Positions 25,637 to 36,013 of a DNA stretch of 64,000 nucleotides are shown one piece after another. The translations under genes were made by a program, and so were the position numbers. Below the pieces are notes generated by a model, which did not search any database, was not told the DNA's origin, and saw nothing but the letters and a program-made list of their open reading frames with translations. The DNA comes from a virus (lineage: Duplodnaviria; Caudoviricetes): the IMG/VR virus record IMGVR_UViG_3300037851_000141, positions 192,001 to 256,000 of that record. One strand, given 5' to 3'. Every line of letters begins with the position of its first letter. The stretch's first letter is position 1.

Positions 25637-27213
25637 AGATTATTGACAATGTTGAATATTATATACAAAATGACATTCCTAAATATTTTGATATATGCTT
25701 AGATGCTATTAGGAGTAGAATTCGAGATAAAAAATTATTGCCAAGTATCATCGTTGGTCGTAAAAATATGTATTCTAAAAATGATATAGAAACTTGCTTA
25801 AAAAATTATCCACTTATTTCTCTATGGACAACCGAGAAAGTAAAAGATATAGTTAGTAAAAAACATCCAAATATAAAGTTTCAAGAAAATTATGAATATA
25901 CGAAATTAGAAGATAAAATTTCTGTTACATGTTCTAAACATGGTTCTGTTCTAACAACAGTTTATAGATTATCCACTAAAGAATTTGGGTGTCCTGAATG
26001 TGGAAAAGAGGTTGGAAATAAACGAATGATGGAAACAATATCAATTTTAGTTGATGAGTTTATTGAATTAGCCAGAGAAAAACATGGCGATAAATTCCAA
26101 TATAATAAAGAAACATATTCCGGTTTATCTTATCCTATGGAAATAATTTGTCCTATTCATGGCTTGTTGAAAATAAAACCATCATCACATCTAAAAAAGT
26201 ATGGATGTAAATCGTGTTCCGGTGAAAATAATGTTAAAATAATGAATAAAGATAAAAGGTTAACACAAGAAACGTTTATCAATAGATGTAAACTTGCTCA
26301 TAATTGTTTTTATACCTATGAAAAAACTGTTTTTACAACTACGATCAATAAAGTGGTTATAACATGTCCAATACACGGGGATTTTATCCAAATATCATCA
26401 CATCATTTAAATGGGGTTGGTTGTCCACAATGCGCTTATAAGAATGTTAGCGATCAAAGAAGAAAAAGCCAAGAAGATTTTATTAAAGAATGTTTATTAA
26501 CTCATGGTAATAAATACGATTATAGTAAAGTCGTATATAAAGGTATTGATGAAAATGTTATAATAATATGTCCTCTTCACGGAGAATATCAACAAACTCC
26601 ATATAATCATCTTAAAAGCCATGGATGTCCAACCTGTGGATTCATAGTAGCAAAAAATGCTCAACGATCAAATGTTGAAGAATTTATAAAAAATGCCAGA
26701 TTAGTTCATGGTAAGAAATACGATTATAGTAAAGTTGTATATATAAATTGTGATACTAAAGTAGAAATAATTTGTAATAAACATAAAAAATCTTTTTTCC
26801 AATCACCATATTCACATCTTAAAGGAAATGGATGTCCAAGATGTTATAATAGAATATCAGCAATAGAAGAGATGTGGTTAGATCATTTACAAATACCAAA
26901 CGATAAAGAACATCGACAGGTAAGAATTCCATTATGTACTGGTAAATATATAATTGCTGATGGTTATATTCCAGAGACAAATACTGTATATCAATTTAAC
27001 GGCGATTATTTCCATGGTAATCCAAAATATTACAAACCAGAGAGATTTAATGTTGTTTGTAATAAAACCTACGGAGAATTATATAAAATTACATTAGAAA
27101 AAGAAGATATTATAAGAAAATCTGGATATAATTTAATTGTAATGTGGGAGCGGGATTATAGATTACAACTAAAATCAATTAATGGCAACAATCCTCGTAT
27201 TCATAAACGCTGA
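25633..27213 (+). CDS. Putative free-standing homing endonuclease: HTH + repeated CPxHG/GCPxC zinc modules + C-terminal PD-(D/E)XK-like domain
   Basis: About five HGxKYDY..IICPxHG..HL.G.GCPxC repeats; IADGY..YQFNGDYFHG..YNLIVMWE. Confidence 0.75.
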   Translation: MKIIDNVEYYIQNDIPKYFDICLDAIRSRIRDKKLLPSIIVGRKNMYSKNDIETCLKNYPLISLWTTEKVKDIVSKKHPNIKFQENYEYTKLEDKISVTCSKHGSVLTTVYRLSTKEFGCPECGKEVGNKRMMETISILVDEFIELAREKHGDKFQYNKETYSGLSYPMEIICPIHGLLKIKPSSHLKKYGCKSCSGENNVKIMNKDKRLTQETFINRCKLAHNCFYTYEKTVFTTTINKVVITCPIHGDFIQISSHHLNGVGCPQCAYKNVSDQRRKSQEDFIKECLLTHGNKYDYSKVVYKGIDENVIIICPLHGEYQQTPYNHLKSHGCPTCGFIVAKNAQRSNVEEFIKNARLVHGKKYDYSKVVYINCDTKVEIICNKHKKSFFQSPYSHLKGNGCPRCYNRISAIEEMWLDHLQIPNDKEHRQVRIPLCTGKYIIADGYIPETNTVYQFNGDYFHGNPKYYKPERFNVVCNKTYGELYKITLEKEDIIRKSGYNLIVMWERDYRLQLKSINGNNPRIHKR

Positions 27214-28134
27214 TAAATCAGTCCCGCCGGCATATGATATACCAGATTGAATACTTTGTTTGAGTTCAATCAAGAAGTCTTCCATATCACCATTGTAATC
27301 CATGATGACTTTTTTGCCTTCTACGTGTATCCTTTTTCCTTTTTTAGCTTGTTCCGACGCATTACCAAAATATACACACTTTTTATGACCATCTATTTCA
27401 ATTATTTCAGAACCACTTTGATTGTATCCGCAAAATAATGATCCAACCATTACCATTGTGGCTCCACATGCTAATGCTTTATTTATGTCACCAATCTCTC
27501 TAATTCCACCATCAGCTATAACAGGTTTTTTGGCTGTACTAACACACTCCAATAAACATGAAACTGTTGGTCGAGTAAAACCAGTCATAACCTTTGTCGT
27601 GCAAGCTTTCCCAGGGCCAATATGAACCCTACAGCAATCCGCGCCCCATTCCTCAATTTCTTGAACGGAATTTTTACACGCCATATTTCCAACAATCAAA
27701 AACGAATTTGGAAGATTAGTTTTTATAAAATCAATCATTATTTTTGTTTTTTCGGACCAAGCATGAGCGACATCAATTGTAATATAATCTGGATCTAATT
27801 TTTCTTCTTTTATTCTTTTTATTTGATCTTTTGATTCTTGATTTACGCCAACACTAATTGAGGTAAACAATTCAAGAGATTTCATTTTACGAAGAAACGA
27901 TACTTGATCATGATCGAATCGGTGCATTACGTAAAAGATATTTTTCTTAGCCAAAAACTCACAGGTATATTCATTTATAACTGCTGGCATGTTGGCTGGC
28001 ATTACCGGAACATCAAATTTTCTTCCACCGAAAACTACACTTGTATCACATTCACTTCTACTATTTACTACGCATTTATTAGGTACAAGATAAACGTCAC
28101 TATAGTTATATTCTCTGGTAATTTGACGGGTCAT
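27175..28134 (-). CDS. guaC: GMP reductase
   Basis: PVMPANM, ITIDVAHA, GPGKACTTK, PVIADGGIR..GDINKAL, VEGKK. Confidence 0.92.
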   Translation of the reverse strand: MTRQITREYNYSDVYLVPNKCVVNSRSECDTSVVFGGRKFDVPVMPANMPAVINEYTCEFLAKKNIFYVMHRFDHDQVSFLRKMKSLELFTSISVGVNQESKDQIKRIKEEKLDPDYITIDVAHAWSEKTKIMIDFIKTNLPNSFLIVGNMACKNSVQEIEEWGADCCRVHIGPGKACTTKVMTGFTRPTVSCLLECVSTAKKPVIADGGIREIGDINKALACGATMVMVGSLFCGYNQSGSEIIEIDGHKKCVYFGNASEQAKKGKRIHVEGKKVIMDYNGDMEDFLIELKQSIQSGISYAGGTDLSAFMNTRIVAIN

Positions 28135-28529
28135 GATTTCTCCTTGCTTCGGTAGATTATTTTTTCTTGTTGTGGGTCATATACCATCTCAAATGAACCT
28201 TCTTCACAGAGATGATTAAGGACTTTGGTTACAATTTCATTGGTCAACTTAATAACAAATTCTTCATAACCAGAATAAGATATTATGAATTCTCCATCAT
28301 CATTTTTGGGGAAGAAGCAGTTTATAAATTGGTTAAACTCAGTTAAATCATATATATTGAATACTTGTTCATCTTCGTATGTATCGACAATATTTGGTTT
28401 AATGTCAATATCAACACCCATTTCATTTACTTTTTCATATAGAATCTTAATTGACCAGCGTATGGATTTAGCAGCAAACTCTGGTATGTTCTGCTTTGGT
28501 AATAAAAAGTATTCTTGTTCGTCGTTCAT
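28131..28529 (-). CDS. Hypothetical protein, likely paralog of 40810-41295
   Basis: Shared IVxxVLNxLxxxGxxxxxW/Y C-terminal pattern. Confidence 0.6.
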   Translation of the reverse strand: MNDEQEYFLLPKQNIPEFAAKSIRWSIKILYEKVNEMGVDIDIKPNIVDTYEDEQVFNIYDLTEFNQFINCFFPKNDDGEFIISYSGYEEFVIKLTNEIVTKVLNHLCEEGSFEMVYDPQQEKIIYRSKEKS

Positions 28530-28562
28530 GCGAGAACAATTATACCAACTTTTAGTCAGACT

Positions 28563-29147
28563 TCAATCTAAAATTCCGAATCCCAATTTATCTTTGGTTA
28601 ACTCAGATTTTTTCTCAAATATATGTTTATGTGATTGATCTGAAACAACATGTATATTTAGTTTAACTTTTATTCTATGGATACGTTGGTTGAATTTAGG
28701 TATAGATGAACCTTGGTATCCTTCATAAAGAGTTATATGTGGTTTATATGTTGGATAATCACTTGGAGAATAATTTCCGACATTTGTTAACCAAGAATTG
28801 ACCTTATTGAACCAGTTATGTATCTCATCAGAGTCGAGGGCGAAGACAAGGCATTTATCATCACCAAGGATCTTAAAATTTGATGTAAATGCTGTAATTT
28901 CAGGTAGTTGTATTGTATTTAGCCATTCGAGGAATAAGTCTGGCGTTTGTCCAAGTTGTAATCTGACATAGCGTATAGTTGCGTGGAAGTCATCTTTAGG
29001 TTGTGGTTTAGCTTCCTTAAATTGTTCTGGATACATTTCTTTTAAGGTTTCTTGTACTTCTTCCAAACAAGCCGAGAATTCTGGATAAACCATATAGCAG
29101 AAATTTCGTTTAGTTTCTTCATTAATAAGATATTGTTTGAAGGTCAT
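28563..29147 (-). CDS. 2H phosphoesterase (T4 gp57B/Acb1- or LigT-like)
   Basis: Two HxT motifs: FHATIRY and YKPHITLY. Confidence 0.85.
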   Translation of the reverse strand: MTFKQYLINEETKRNFCYMVYPEFSACLEEVQETLKEMYPEQFKEAKPQPKDDFHATIRYVRLQLGQTPDLFLEWLNTIQLPEITAFTSNFKILGDDKCLVFALDSDEIHNWFNKVNSWLTNVGNYSPSDYPTYKPHITLYEGYQGSSIPKFNQRIHRIKVKLNIHVVSDQSHKHIFEKKSELTKDKLGFGILD

Positions 29148-30106
29148 ATAGAATCATCCGAGAAAATATTGTACAGTTTTTTATTTAGTTTTTCGTAGAT
29201 AAACTCTTCTTCCAGTTCATAGTTTATATCTAATGCTTTAAGTGCTATTTCAACTTCAGAGAGACATTCATTTCTTCCACCGCCACATAGTTTAACGTGC
29301 CCTGATACCATATTTTTTAACTTAAACATTAAATCAGGTAAATTGATATTGTCATCAGCAAATTCTAAAAGTTCTCTTAAATGAGGTTTATCGTATTCTT
29401 TTACAAAATTATCCCACATTTTTGATTCTGTTATATCTCGACTATCATATATTTTATTTTTATACATGAATTTCACCAATAGAACAATATCATCTACATC
29501 AATCCCAGAATCCATACAATATCTAAAGAAAGCATAACCTTTATCGAAGAATGTTATATTATCTAAGTAATCTGCGTTTAATCCTTTTTCAATATACCAA
29601 TTCATTAATTCGGTTTCTTCAATCATATCCAAAGTTTCTTTACCATTATATAAGACAACTATATTAGTATTTGATTCAAGTTCTTCGTTTATTTTATTCA
29701 TAAGGTCATATACGTCAAATGATATGTATTTTTTATATTCTGGTTGGATATCTACTAAAATGTGGGTATAAGATTGTTTTTCATTTATTTCGGTATTAAA
29801 TATTTCTACTATTTTATTGGTGAGGATTCGTTTTCTTTCTACATTTTGAGTTGCTTCGTCAAAAAGTATATCCCAGATTGGTTTACCTTTGACATCGGTA
29901 TTCATTAGATATTCGCCGGGGTTTGATGCTGGCCTAATATCTTTTGTTTCATCCATATATGCTTTGATGACCGTATAATCTTCCCCGTTATAAATGGCAG
30001 ACGTTTCGGCATGTTCAAGTGCGAAACGTTCAGATGGGGTTACATAGTCATCTTTACGGAATATTGGTTCAGTATTTTTCGGTAAAGCCCTGTAAATAGT
30101 TTTCAT
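29144..30106 (-). CDS. Two-domain hypothetical: small ART-like N-terminus + isochorismatase-like C-terminus
   Basis: TIYRALP..DYVTPSERFALEH; HILVDIQPEY..LCGGGRNECL. Confidence 0.45.
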   Translation of the reverse strand: MKTIYRALPKNTEPIFRKDDYVTPSERFALEHAETSAIYNGEDYTVIKAYMDETKDIRPASNPGEYLMNTDVKGKPIWDILFDEATQNVERKRILTNKIVEIFNTEINEKQSYTHILVDIQPEYKKYISFDVYDLMNKINEELESNTNIVVLYNGKETLDMIEETELMNWYIEKGLNADYLDNITFFDKGYAFFRYCMDSGIDVDDIVLLVKFMYKNKIYDSRDITESKMWDNFVKEYDKPHLRELLEFADDNINLPDLMFKLKNMVSGHVKLCGGGRNECLSEVEIALKALDINYELEEEFIYEKLNKKLYNIFSDDSI

Positions 30107-30744
30107 TTTTTATCTGGAAACTCTGGTTCATTTTTCTTTTCTGGCTTGACGAATTTATGTTCTTTGCGGAGTTGTTCTACGGTTTTTTCGGCACCAGTTT
30201 TCTTACTTGCGTCTGGTGTGTCTTTTGCTGCTCTCTTGAATTCTTTACCACTGACTTCAGATATTTTATCCATTACGTCTCTGAGATTTGTAAGAGCGGC
30301 TTTATCTTCATCCGCCAGTTTTTCTTTATTTGGAGAGTTTGTACCTACTGCGCCAAGGAACCAAAATGGAACATCATCTTGTATTTTTTCCCATTCAGCT
30401 TTTACTTTTTTCATATCTGGAGATTTAGAATCAAGTTCAGCTTGGATCACATCAATGGCATCAGTAAATGTTGATTTTAGTCCGTGTTTATGAGCTAGAC
30501 GCTTTAAAGCAACCCAATCAATAGCATTTTCTAAGATTGATTCGTCTTCGGTGTCAAGAGCGCCCAGGAGAGCCTTTATATGTTGACGATATTTCTCCAT
30601 AGGATGTCCACCTGGAGTTTCTGACCCTTTACCATTTTTGTCAGTTTCCCAATCGTGCATGCGAGCGGGGGTTGGTTGCTTATTTTCTGGAAGATTCTTT
30701 GTAAATCCGAACTTCTCATTTAAGATTTCTTCGATTTTTGACAT
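30103..30744 (-). CDS. Hypothetical late protein
   Basis: TATAAATA at 30767-30774; AGGAG RBS. Confidence 0.7.
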   Translation of the reverse strand: MSKIEEILNEKFGFTKNLPENKQPTPARMHDWETDKNGKGSETPGGHPMEKYRQHIKALLGALDTEDESILENAIDWVALKRLAHKHGLKSTFTDAIDVIQAELDSKSPDMKKVKAEWEKIQDDVPFWFLGAVGTNSPNKEKLADEDKAALTNLRDVMDKISEVSGKEFKRAAKDTPDASKKTGAEKTVEQLRKEHKFVKPEKKNEPEFPDKK

Positions 30745-30790
30745 ATGATAACTCCTGGGCTAATTGTATTTATATATTTAGGATAACAAA

Positions 30791-30822
30791 ATGACCCAAG
30801 AGATTTTATCCTCCTGGGTCAT
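30791..30822 (-). terminator. Terminator hairpin
   Basis: ATGACCCA/TGGGTCAT inverted repeat with A-tract on + strand 5' side. Confidence 0.6.
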
Positions 30823-30845
30823 TAAGTGGATATAAACTTAAGTTA

Positions 30846-31517
30846 TTATGCTTGGTAGATTACGATCTTATCAGTAAACACAGCATAACGAACATTTTTA
30901 GTGAGATTAGCTTGGGTCAGGGTCATCTTACGGACTCGGCAACCCTTTGAAGCCTTCATTTGGATAACATCTGGTTGGGTGCTGACGGTGATGCTATTTG
31001 GATGAATCTTGACGAAAACAGTCTTATCAAGCAAGTTAGATGAGATAAGGACTGCCAGAGGAATTTCAATTGCGCCATCTGACCGGATTTTCGCTGGAAC
31101 ATCAAGTTGTGCGCCAGGGATGCCAGTAGAATACGGTTGAGTATCCACATTTGATTGCTGGTGCGGCTGTGGTGCTTGTTGAGGCTTGGTAGCAACCTTA
31201 TTTCGTTGAGTATAGTTATCTGGATTGAAGCCGATTGGGTGATAGAGACGAGCATGAGCCGGTCCGCTATTAGTCACCACTTCTATATCAGTGTGAGTCC
31301 AGTCACCAAGAAGATTATTGACTGAAGCATTGAAAATAGGCTTGGCTACCTCATGAACGTCCCGATGGCGAACAAAGGGACCACCATCATTCTTCACCTT
31401 TTCAGATATATCAAGAATAGTAAAAGGTTCATCAGACTGTATTGAATCGACAAATGCTTCCATTACTCGTTCAATGAGTTCTGATACAGTATGGGTTTGG
31501 GTTGCTTGGTTGGTCAT
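30846..31517 (-). CDS. Hypothetical early protein
   Basis: TTGACA-16-TACAAT promoter at 31585-31558. Confidence 0.7.
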   Translation of the reverse strand: MTNQATQTHTVSELIERVMEAFVDSIQSDEPFTILDISEKVKNDGGPFVRHRDVHEVAKPIFNASVNNLLGDWTHTDIEVVTNSGPAHARLYHPIGFNPDNYTQRNKVATKPQQAPQPHQQSNVDTQPYSTGIPGAQLDVPAKIRSDGAIEIPLAVLISSNLLDKTVFVKIHPNSITVSTQPDVIQMKASKGCRVRKMTLTQANLTKNVRYAVFTDKIVIYQA

Positions 31518-31590
31518 ATGACACCTGTGCTTTCTATGTGCTGGTGTTGTTGGGTTTATTGTACCCAGGGTTTGATGATTGTCAAGAACA

Positions 31591-33003
31591 TTATCTTTCG
31601 AGTTCTACTAAGTATTTGATAGAAACTTGTTCAACAGTTGGGAAGATAAATTCGTTGTTGTATAAGCCCTTACCTTCCTTGGCGAAAACCGAATCAAATC
31701 CTTTTTCGCGGCATTTATCTGCTTCATATCCACTACCCCAATATACTTCTTGTTGTTTGCCTGCTTTTACATTACATACAAGCAAGAAACAGTTATCAGT
31801 ATGAATCATGTTTGGGAACGGATACAAAGAGTAGTTGAGAGATTTTGTTGAGTTTGATGCCGCGTAAATACCAAACCCAAACGCCAAACCAGACCGGGGA
31901 GCTTCTTTAGGTGCGATTAATAGTCCACGCTTAAAAATGCCCAAAAAATTACTGTTTCTACTGCCATGAAATAGTTCAAGTTCATTTTTGATTGAACATG
32001 CCGAATATCTTGATGAATCCGCTTGTAAATTGACACGATAGATGTTACGAACCTTGACCGACATATGAGAATGGTTCTTGCCTTTACTTGAAACTGCTTT
32101 TTGTACAATTCTCTTATATTCTGGATCGTTTTTATCCAGTATTTCAATTTCGGTATTCAACTCTTTATACTTAATGTCGGTGCTACTTGTATATGTTCCA
32201 CCACCTACTTCCAAAGCATCTTCCATCATAGTCAACAGATCAAGTTTTTGTTGAATGATAACGTCTGTATTAATAAGATCGTTATCAGTGATTTTTCTAC
32301 CTAAGTTGGCCGGAATTCTTGAATAGAACGCACCAGTAAGGGTTCTGATTTCTTGAACATCATTATCTTTTACAGCTTGGGTTAAGTTTCCAAGAATGCT
32401 TTTACCGTCGCCAATTTGCTTAAAGGTTAGTACACCAAGCGGAGTTTCAAGACCGTTTGAAGTGATATTAACCGCAGAGTTATTCTTAATTGTACTTGAT
32501 GATTCCCGGTATAACTGATCAACGAGTTTAGAAATTGTTGGATGAAGATTAAGTTGGATAATATTTACGTCTTTATTTTCAACCAACTTTTTCTTTTTAG
32601 CTTCGGGAACTTCATCTTCCGAAACCTTATATACTTTTTGTCTGGCTTTTGGGCTTCCTACTTTAGCTTTTACGAACTGGATTTCAATATAACCCTTTGA
32701 TGGGCGAACCTTTGAGTCGAATTTTGAGTTGAAAAACTTTGTCATTTCGGATTCTGTTGCTGGACCATAAACACCAACAGACCCGGTATATTCATCATCA
32801 GATACTCGTCCATAATTAGTATAAACTCTGAACTTCCCGTTTGAGGAGCATTTATGTAATTCAATTGAGAAGAACTTGTTATTATTGCCGTCTGCGTTAG
32901 TTTGATTGCCTATTCTATGTTCAATCACTTCATAATCAGGGAAATCTTGATTGAGAGCATCGGAGCCACATTGATGCTTCACTTCTTTCCAGTCGGCAGC
33001 CAT
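31591..33003 (-). CDS. Poly(ADP-ribose) polymerase: WGR + regulatory + catalytic domains
   Basis: NNNKFFSIEL..TNYGRV (WGR); FYSRIP (regulatory); LFHGS, APKEAPRSGLAFGFGIY, LYNNEF (H-Y-E triad). Confidence 0.9.
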   Translation of the reverse strand: MAADWKEVKHQCGSDALNQDFPDYEVIEHRIGNQTNADGNNNKFFSIELHKCSSNGKFRVYTNYGRVSDDEYTGSVGVYGPATESEMTKFFNSKFDSKVRPSKGYIEIQFVKAKVGSPKARQKVYKVSEDEVPEAKKKKLVENKDVNIIQLNLHPTISKLVDQLYRESSSTIKNNSAVNITSNGLETPLGVLTFKQIGDGKSILGNLTQAVKDNDVQEIRTLTGAFYSRIPANLGRKITDNDLINTDVIIQQKLDLLTMMEDALEVGGGTYTSSTDIKYKELNTEIEILDKNDPEYKRIVQKAVSSKGKNHSHMSVKVRNIYRVNLQADSSRYSACSIKNELELFHGSRNSNFLGIFKRGLLIAPKEAPRSGLAFGFGIYAASNSTKSLNYSLYPFPNMIHTDNCFLLVCNVKAGKQQEVYWGSGYEADKCREKGFDSVFAKEGKGLYNNEFIFPTVEQVSIKYLVELER

Positions 33004-33048
33004 AGGTATGTCCCCTTTTGCTGCGAGGATTGTACCTTAGCTTTTCTC

Positions 33049-34767
33049 TTAGTCAACCTTTTTCTTTTTTCTACCTTTACCGGCCTTTACTATTGGCGTA
33101 GCTGGTGTCTGTTCTATTTCGGCGTCTGGATTTGGTGCTGGTTCACTTTTTAGTTGTTCTTTTTCAGCATCCATTTTAGCTTTTATTTCGGCGTGTTTGC
33201 GGGCTTGTTCTTCTGCGCCAGGGTTTACCCAAGCATTATATTTTGGCAATTCTGAATCTGGAATGCCGAGTTGATTTTTATAAGCAGTAAATTTAGCGGC
33301 TATTTCTTCTTTAGTAAATTCGCCAGGGAACAGTTTATTTATTCCTTTTTGATTTGTTGCTTCTATTTGGAATTTGCCGGATGGTCGTTTATGGAGTTTG
33401 AAGTTAGCTTTACCTTGTCCTTTTAAGTCAAGTGCTATTGATGGTTCTTGTGATGTCTCGACTGGTTTAGGTGGTTCAACGATAGTATTTTCGGGACTAT
33501 CTTGTTGAGTTGGTGCTGGTGCTGTTGGTTGTATATCAATTGGATTATTATCTGTATCTTCTGGTTGAACTGGTGCTGCTGTTGGTTCAGTTTTTGGTTC
33601 TTCTGGTTTAGTAGGTTCGACTGATTTGGGTTCTAATGCTGCGGTTTCTTCAGGAGGATTAAAAACATTCCTTATTTTTTGGTCTATTGGTTTATCCATG
33701 ATTTTTGTATCAATATTAGGTTCAATTAACAATTTGGACACATCTTCTATAATTTTTGGCATTAATTCTGATTGTATATATTCTTCCAGTTTTTTAAGAT
33801 TTTCTGGAGACAGAGTTTTTATAGAAGCTTTAAGATTTGGAACAAGTTGGAATATATCATCTATTGCTGATTCGTCCATTTGAGACGTTGATAGCTTTAA
33901 TATTTGTGTTGCTATTTCTTTACGATATTTACGGATAGCCTTTTTAATTTCTTCATATTTTGGAATTTTTTGATCTTCTGGTAGATTATTCCATATTTCT
34001 TTAGCTTGTTGATTTAGGAATGGAGTTATATCTATTTGTTTTGGAGTGATTGAGAATGGTTCTTTACTTTGAGGTTCAATATTTCCCACATCTATATTTG
34101 TCATTTTTTGGAGTTTTTGTTTTATTGTTTCAGGTTTAGGTTTTTCGGTTGGAGCTACTTTAGTTGGCTCTGGTGCCGTCTTATTTATTTCATCTGGGTT
34201 TAATTCTGGAACATCGAAATCTGAAGTTGGCTCTGGTTTAGTTTCGGGTTTAGTTTCAGCTTGTTTAATATCATCAATAACAGCAGATTGAACTTTATCT
34301 ATTTGTTGTTCTACTTTATCTGCTTTTTTAGTTTCTTGATCTGGATGTACAAGTCCAACTTCGCCTTTATTTGATATGATGTTATATGATGTTTCTTTTA
34401 TTTTTTGGAAATTTTTATATGATTCTTCGTGTTCAGTTTGTGATTTTTTAGTCAGTTCTGATTTTTCTTTTAATTTCTGAACAACAGGAAGATTCTCAAA
34501 GCGAGTTTCAGCATATTTTTTTAATTCAATGTCAAGTAATTCGGATTGGAGTTGAAGTGATTTATTTTTGAGGTTGAAATATTGTTCTATATAATCGACC
34601 ATTTTTTGGAATACAGTAGCAATTTTTTCTTCAGAAACTTTATTTTTTATTTCTGGTAAAGCCATACGAACAGAATCAATAGCGCCAATAACTGATATTC
34701 CTTCATTTAATACTATATCAATGTGTTCTTCTGAGAATATTTGGTTTAGTTTATCTTTAAGATTCAT
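33049..34767 (-). CDS. Pro/Glu/Thr-rich hypothetical late protein
   Basis: 572-aa ORF in late operon. Confidence 0.7.
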   Translation of the reverse strand: MNLKDKLNQIFSEEHIDIVLNEGISVIGAIDSVRMALPEIKNKVSEEKIATVFQKMVDYIEQYFNLKNKSLQLQSELLDIELKKYAETRFENLPVVQKLKEKSELTKKSQTEHEESYKNFQKIKETSYNIISNKGEVGLVHPDQETKKADKVEQQIDKVQSAVIDDIKQAETKPETKPEPTSDFDVPELNPDEINKTAPEPTKVAPTEKPKPETIKQKLQKMTNIDVGNIEPQSKEPFSITPKQIDITPFLNQQAKEIWNNLPEDQKIPKYEEIKKAIRKYRKEIATQILKLSTSQMDESAIDDIFQLVPNLKASIKTLSPENLKKLEEYIQSELMPKIIEDVSKLLIEPNIDTKIMDKPIDQKIRNVFNPPEETAALEPKSVEPTKPEEPKTEPTAAPVQPEDTDNNPIDIQPTAPAPTQQDSPENTIVEPPKPVETSQEPSIALDLKGQGKANFKLHKRPSGKFQIEATNQKGINKLFPGEFTKEEIAAKFTAYKNQLGIPDSELPKYNAWVNPGAEEQARKHAEIKAKMDAEKEQLKSEPAPNPDAEIEQTPATPIVKAGKGRKKKKVD

Positions 34768-35933
34768 TTCGTGTTCCCACCTACAAGATTTAGTTCCGCA
34801 TCACTATTTTGTTCTAAACTTGATAGTAATGAAGCAGCATCATCAAGATATTTATTTAATTGTTGAATTTGAGCATTAATATCCATGGCTGTTGGTGTAT
34901 CGTTTTGTATTTTAGCAAACTTCAAGGCATATTCAAGAGCATTTTTATAGGCTTGATATTGTTTTATAATAGTATCAAGATATTGGAGAGATTTACCCCG
35001 AACGCCAGCACCAGTTTTTCTACTTATGAAGTCTTTACCTTTACGAATAAAATCAAGCATACCTTCATCAAGTTCCATATTATAGTTAACTGACTCAAAT
35101 AAGGTGTTCATCAATGTCAATCCATCCTCGGTTTCATCTTCTTCTACTTGAACTTGAGTTTCTTTTTCAGTATCTTTTTTATCACTTTGAGTCCATTCTA
35201 TCTTCTTATTATCTCCACTCATCTTCCATACCCATTTATCTTCAACTTTACAGGCCGAGTATTTATTTGGTATTATTACTTCATAAGGTCCAGCATAATA
35301 AGGTGCTTTAGTTGCCAAGAAAGTTGTGTTTGTCTTACTTAGTGATTTCCCTGGAGCAGCTTCGTTGTTATATTGATCTATAAGTTGTTTTTTAGCTTTT
35401 ACAGCATTTATAACAGCATTAATGTCAAAAAGTAGCTTAGATGAATCAACATTTGTTATAACCAGTAAACCACCAATTGGATCACCTTTGGTTTGGTCAT
35501 ATGCTACGGCTATTTCTCTTGCTTTACTTCCATCAGATGTCCAAGAAATAAAAGCATCCTGTGGAGTCATATGAACTTCTGATCCTGGGTCTGGTAATGT
35601 ACTAAGTGGATCACCTTTACGTACCGGAAATCCCTTGAATAGACGATAATTGTCCTTTAACCCAATACCAACAAAGGTTCGCGCAACTATTGACCTACCA
35701 AGCACTTCTAATATTTCTGTGATTACTTGTCTCTTGGTTTTTCCAGGATGATCGTCAGTTAAGAATTCAACAACGCGAGATAAGATGATATTTATTTCAC
35801 CGGGACGCATTCCAAAATATTTCTTAAGTTGTTCATCAGATACATTCTCTTTTTTTAATTGAAGATAAGGATTCTGAGACATCTCTTGTTGCTCAAATAA
35901 AATAGCTCTTATCCGATCTTGAATAGAATACAT
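34764..35933 (-). CDS. Hypothetical late protein, possible ADP-ribosyltransferase-like fold
   Basis: YRLFKG..AFISWT..KAREIA; TATAAATA at 35954. Confidence 0.5.
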   Translation of the reverse strand: MYSIQDRIRAILFEQQEMSQNPYLQLKKENVSDEQLKKYFGMRPGEINIILSRVVEFLTDDHPGKTKRQVITEILEVLGRSIVARTFVGIGLKDNYRLFKGFPVRKGDPLSTLPDPGSEVHMTPQDAFISWTSDGSKAREIAVAYDQTKGDPIGGLLVITNVDSSKLLFDINAVINAVKAKKQLIDQYNNEAAPGKSLSKTNTTFLATKAPYYAGPYEVIIPNKYSACKVEDKWVWKMSGDNKKIEWTQSDKKDTEKETQVQVEEDETEDGLTLMNTLFESVNYNMELDEGMLDFIRKGKDFISRKTGAGVRGKSLQYLDTIIKQYQAYKNALEYALKFAKIQNDTPTAMDINAQIQQLNKYLDDAASLLSSLEQNSDAELNLVGGNTK

Positions 35934-36013
35934 AACTGCCCTCTTATCTATTATATTTATATATCTTGAAATCTAAAATCCCTATGATATAATGTTTACC
36001 ACAAAGGAACAAC

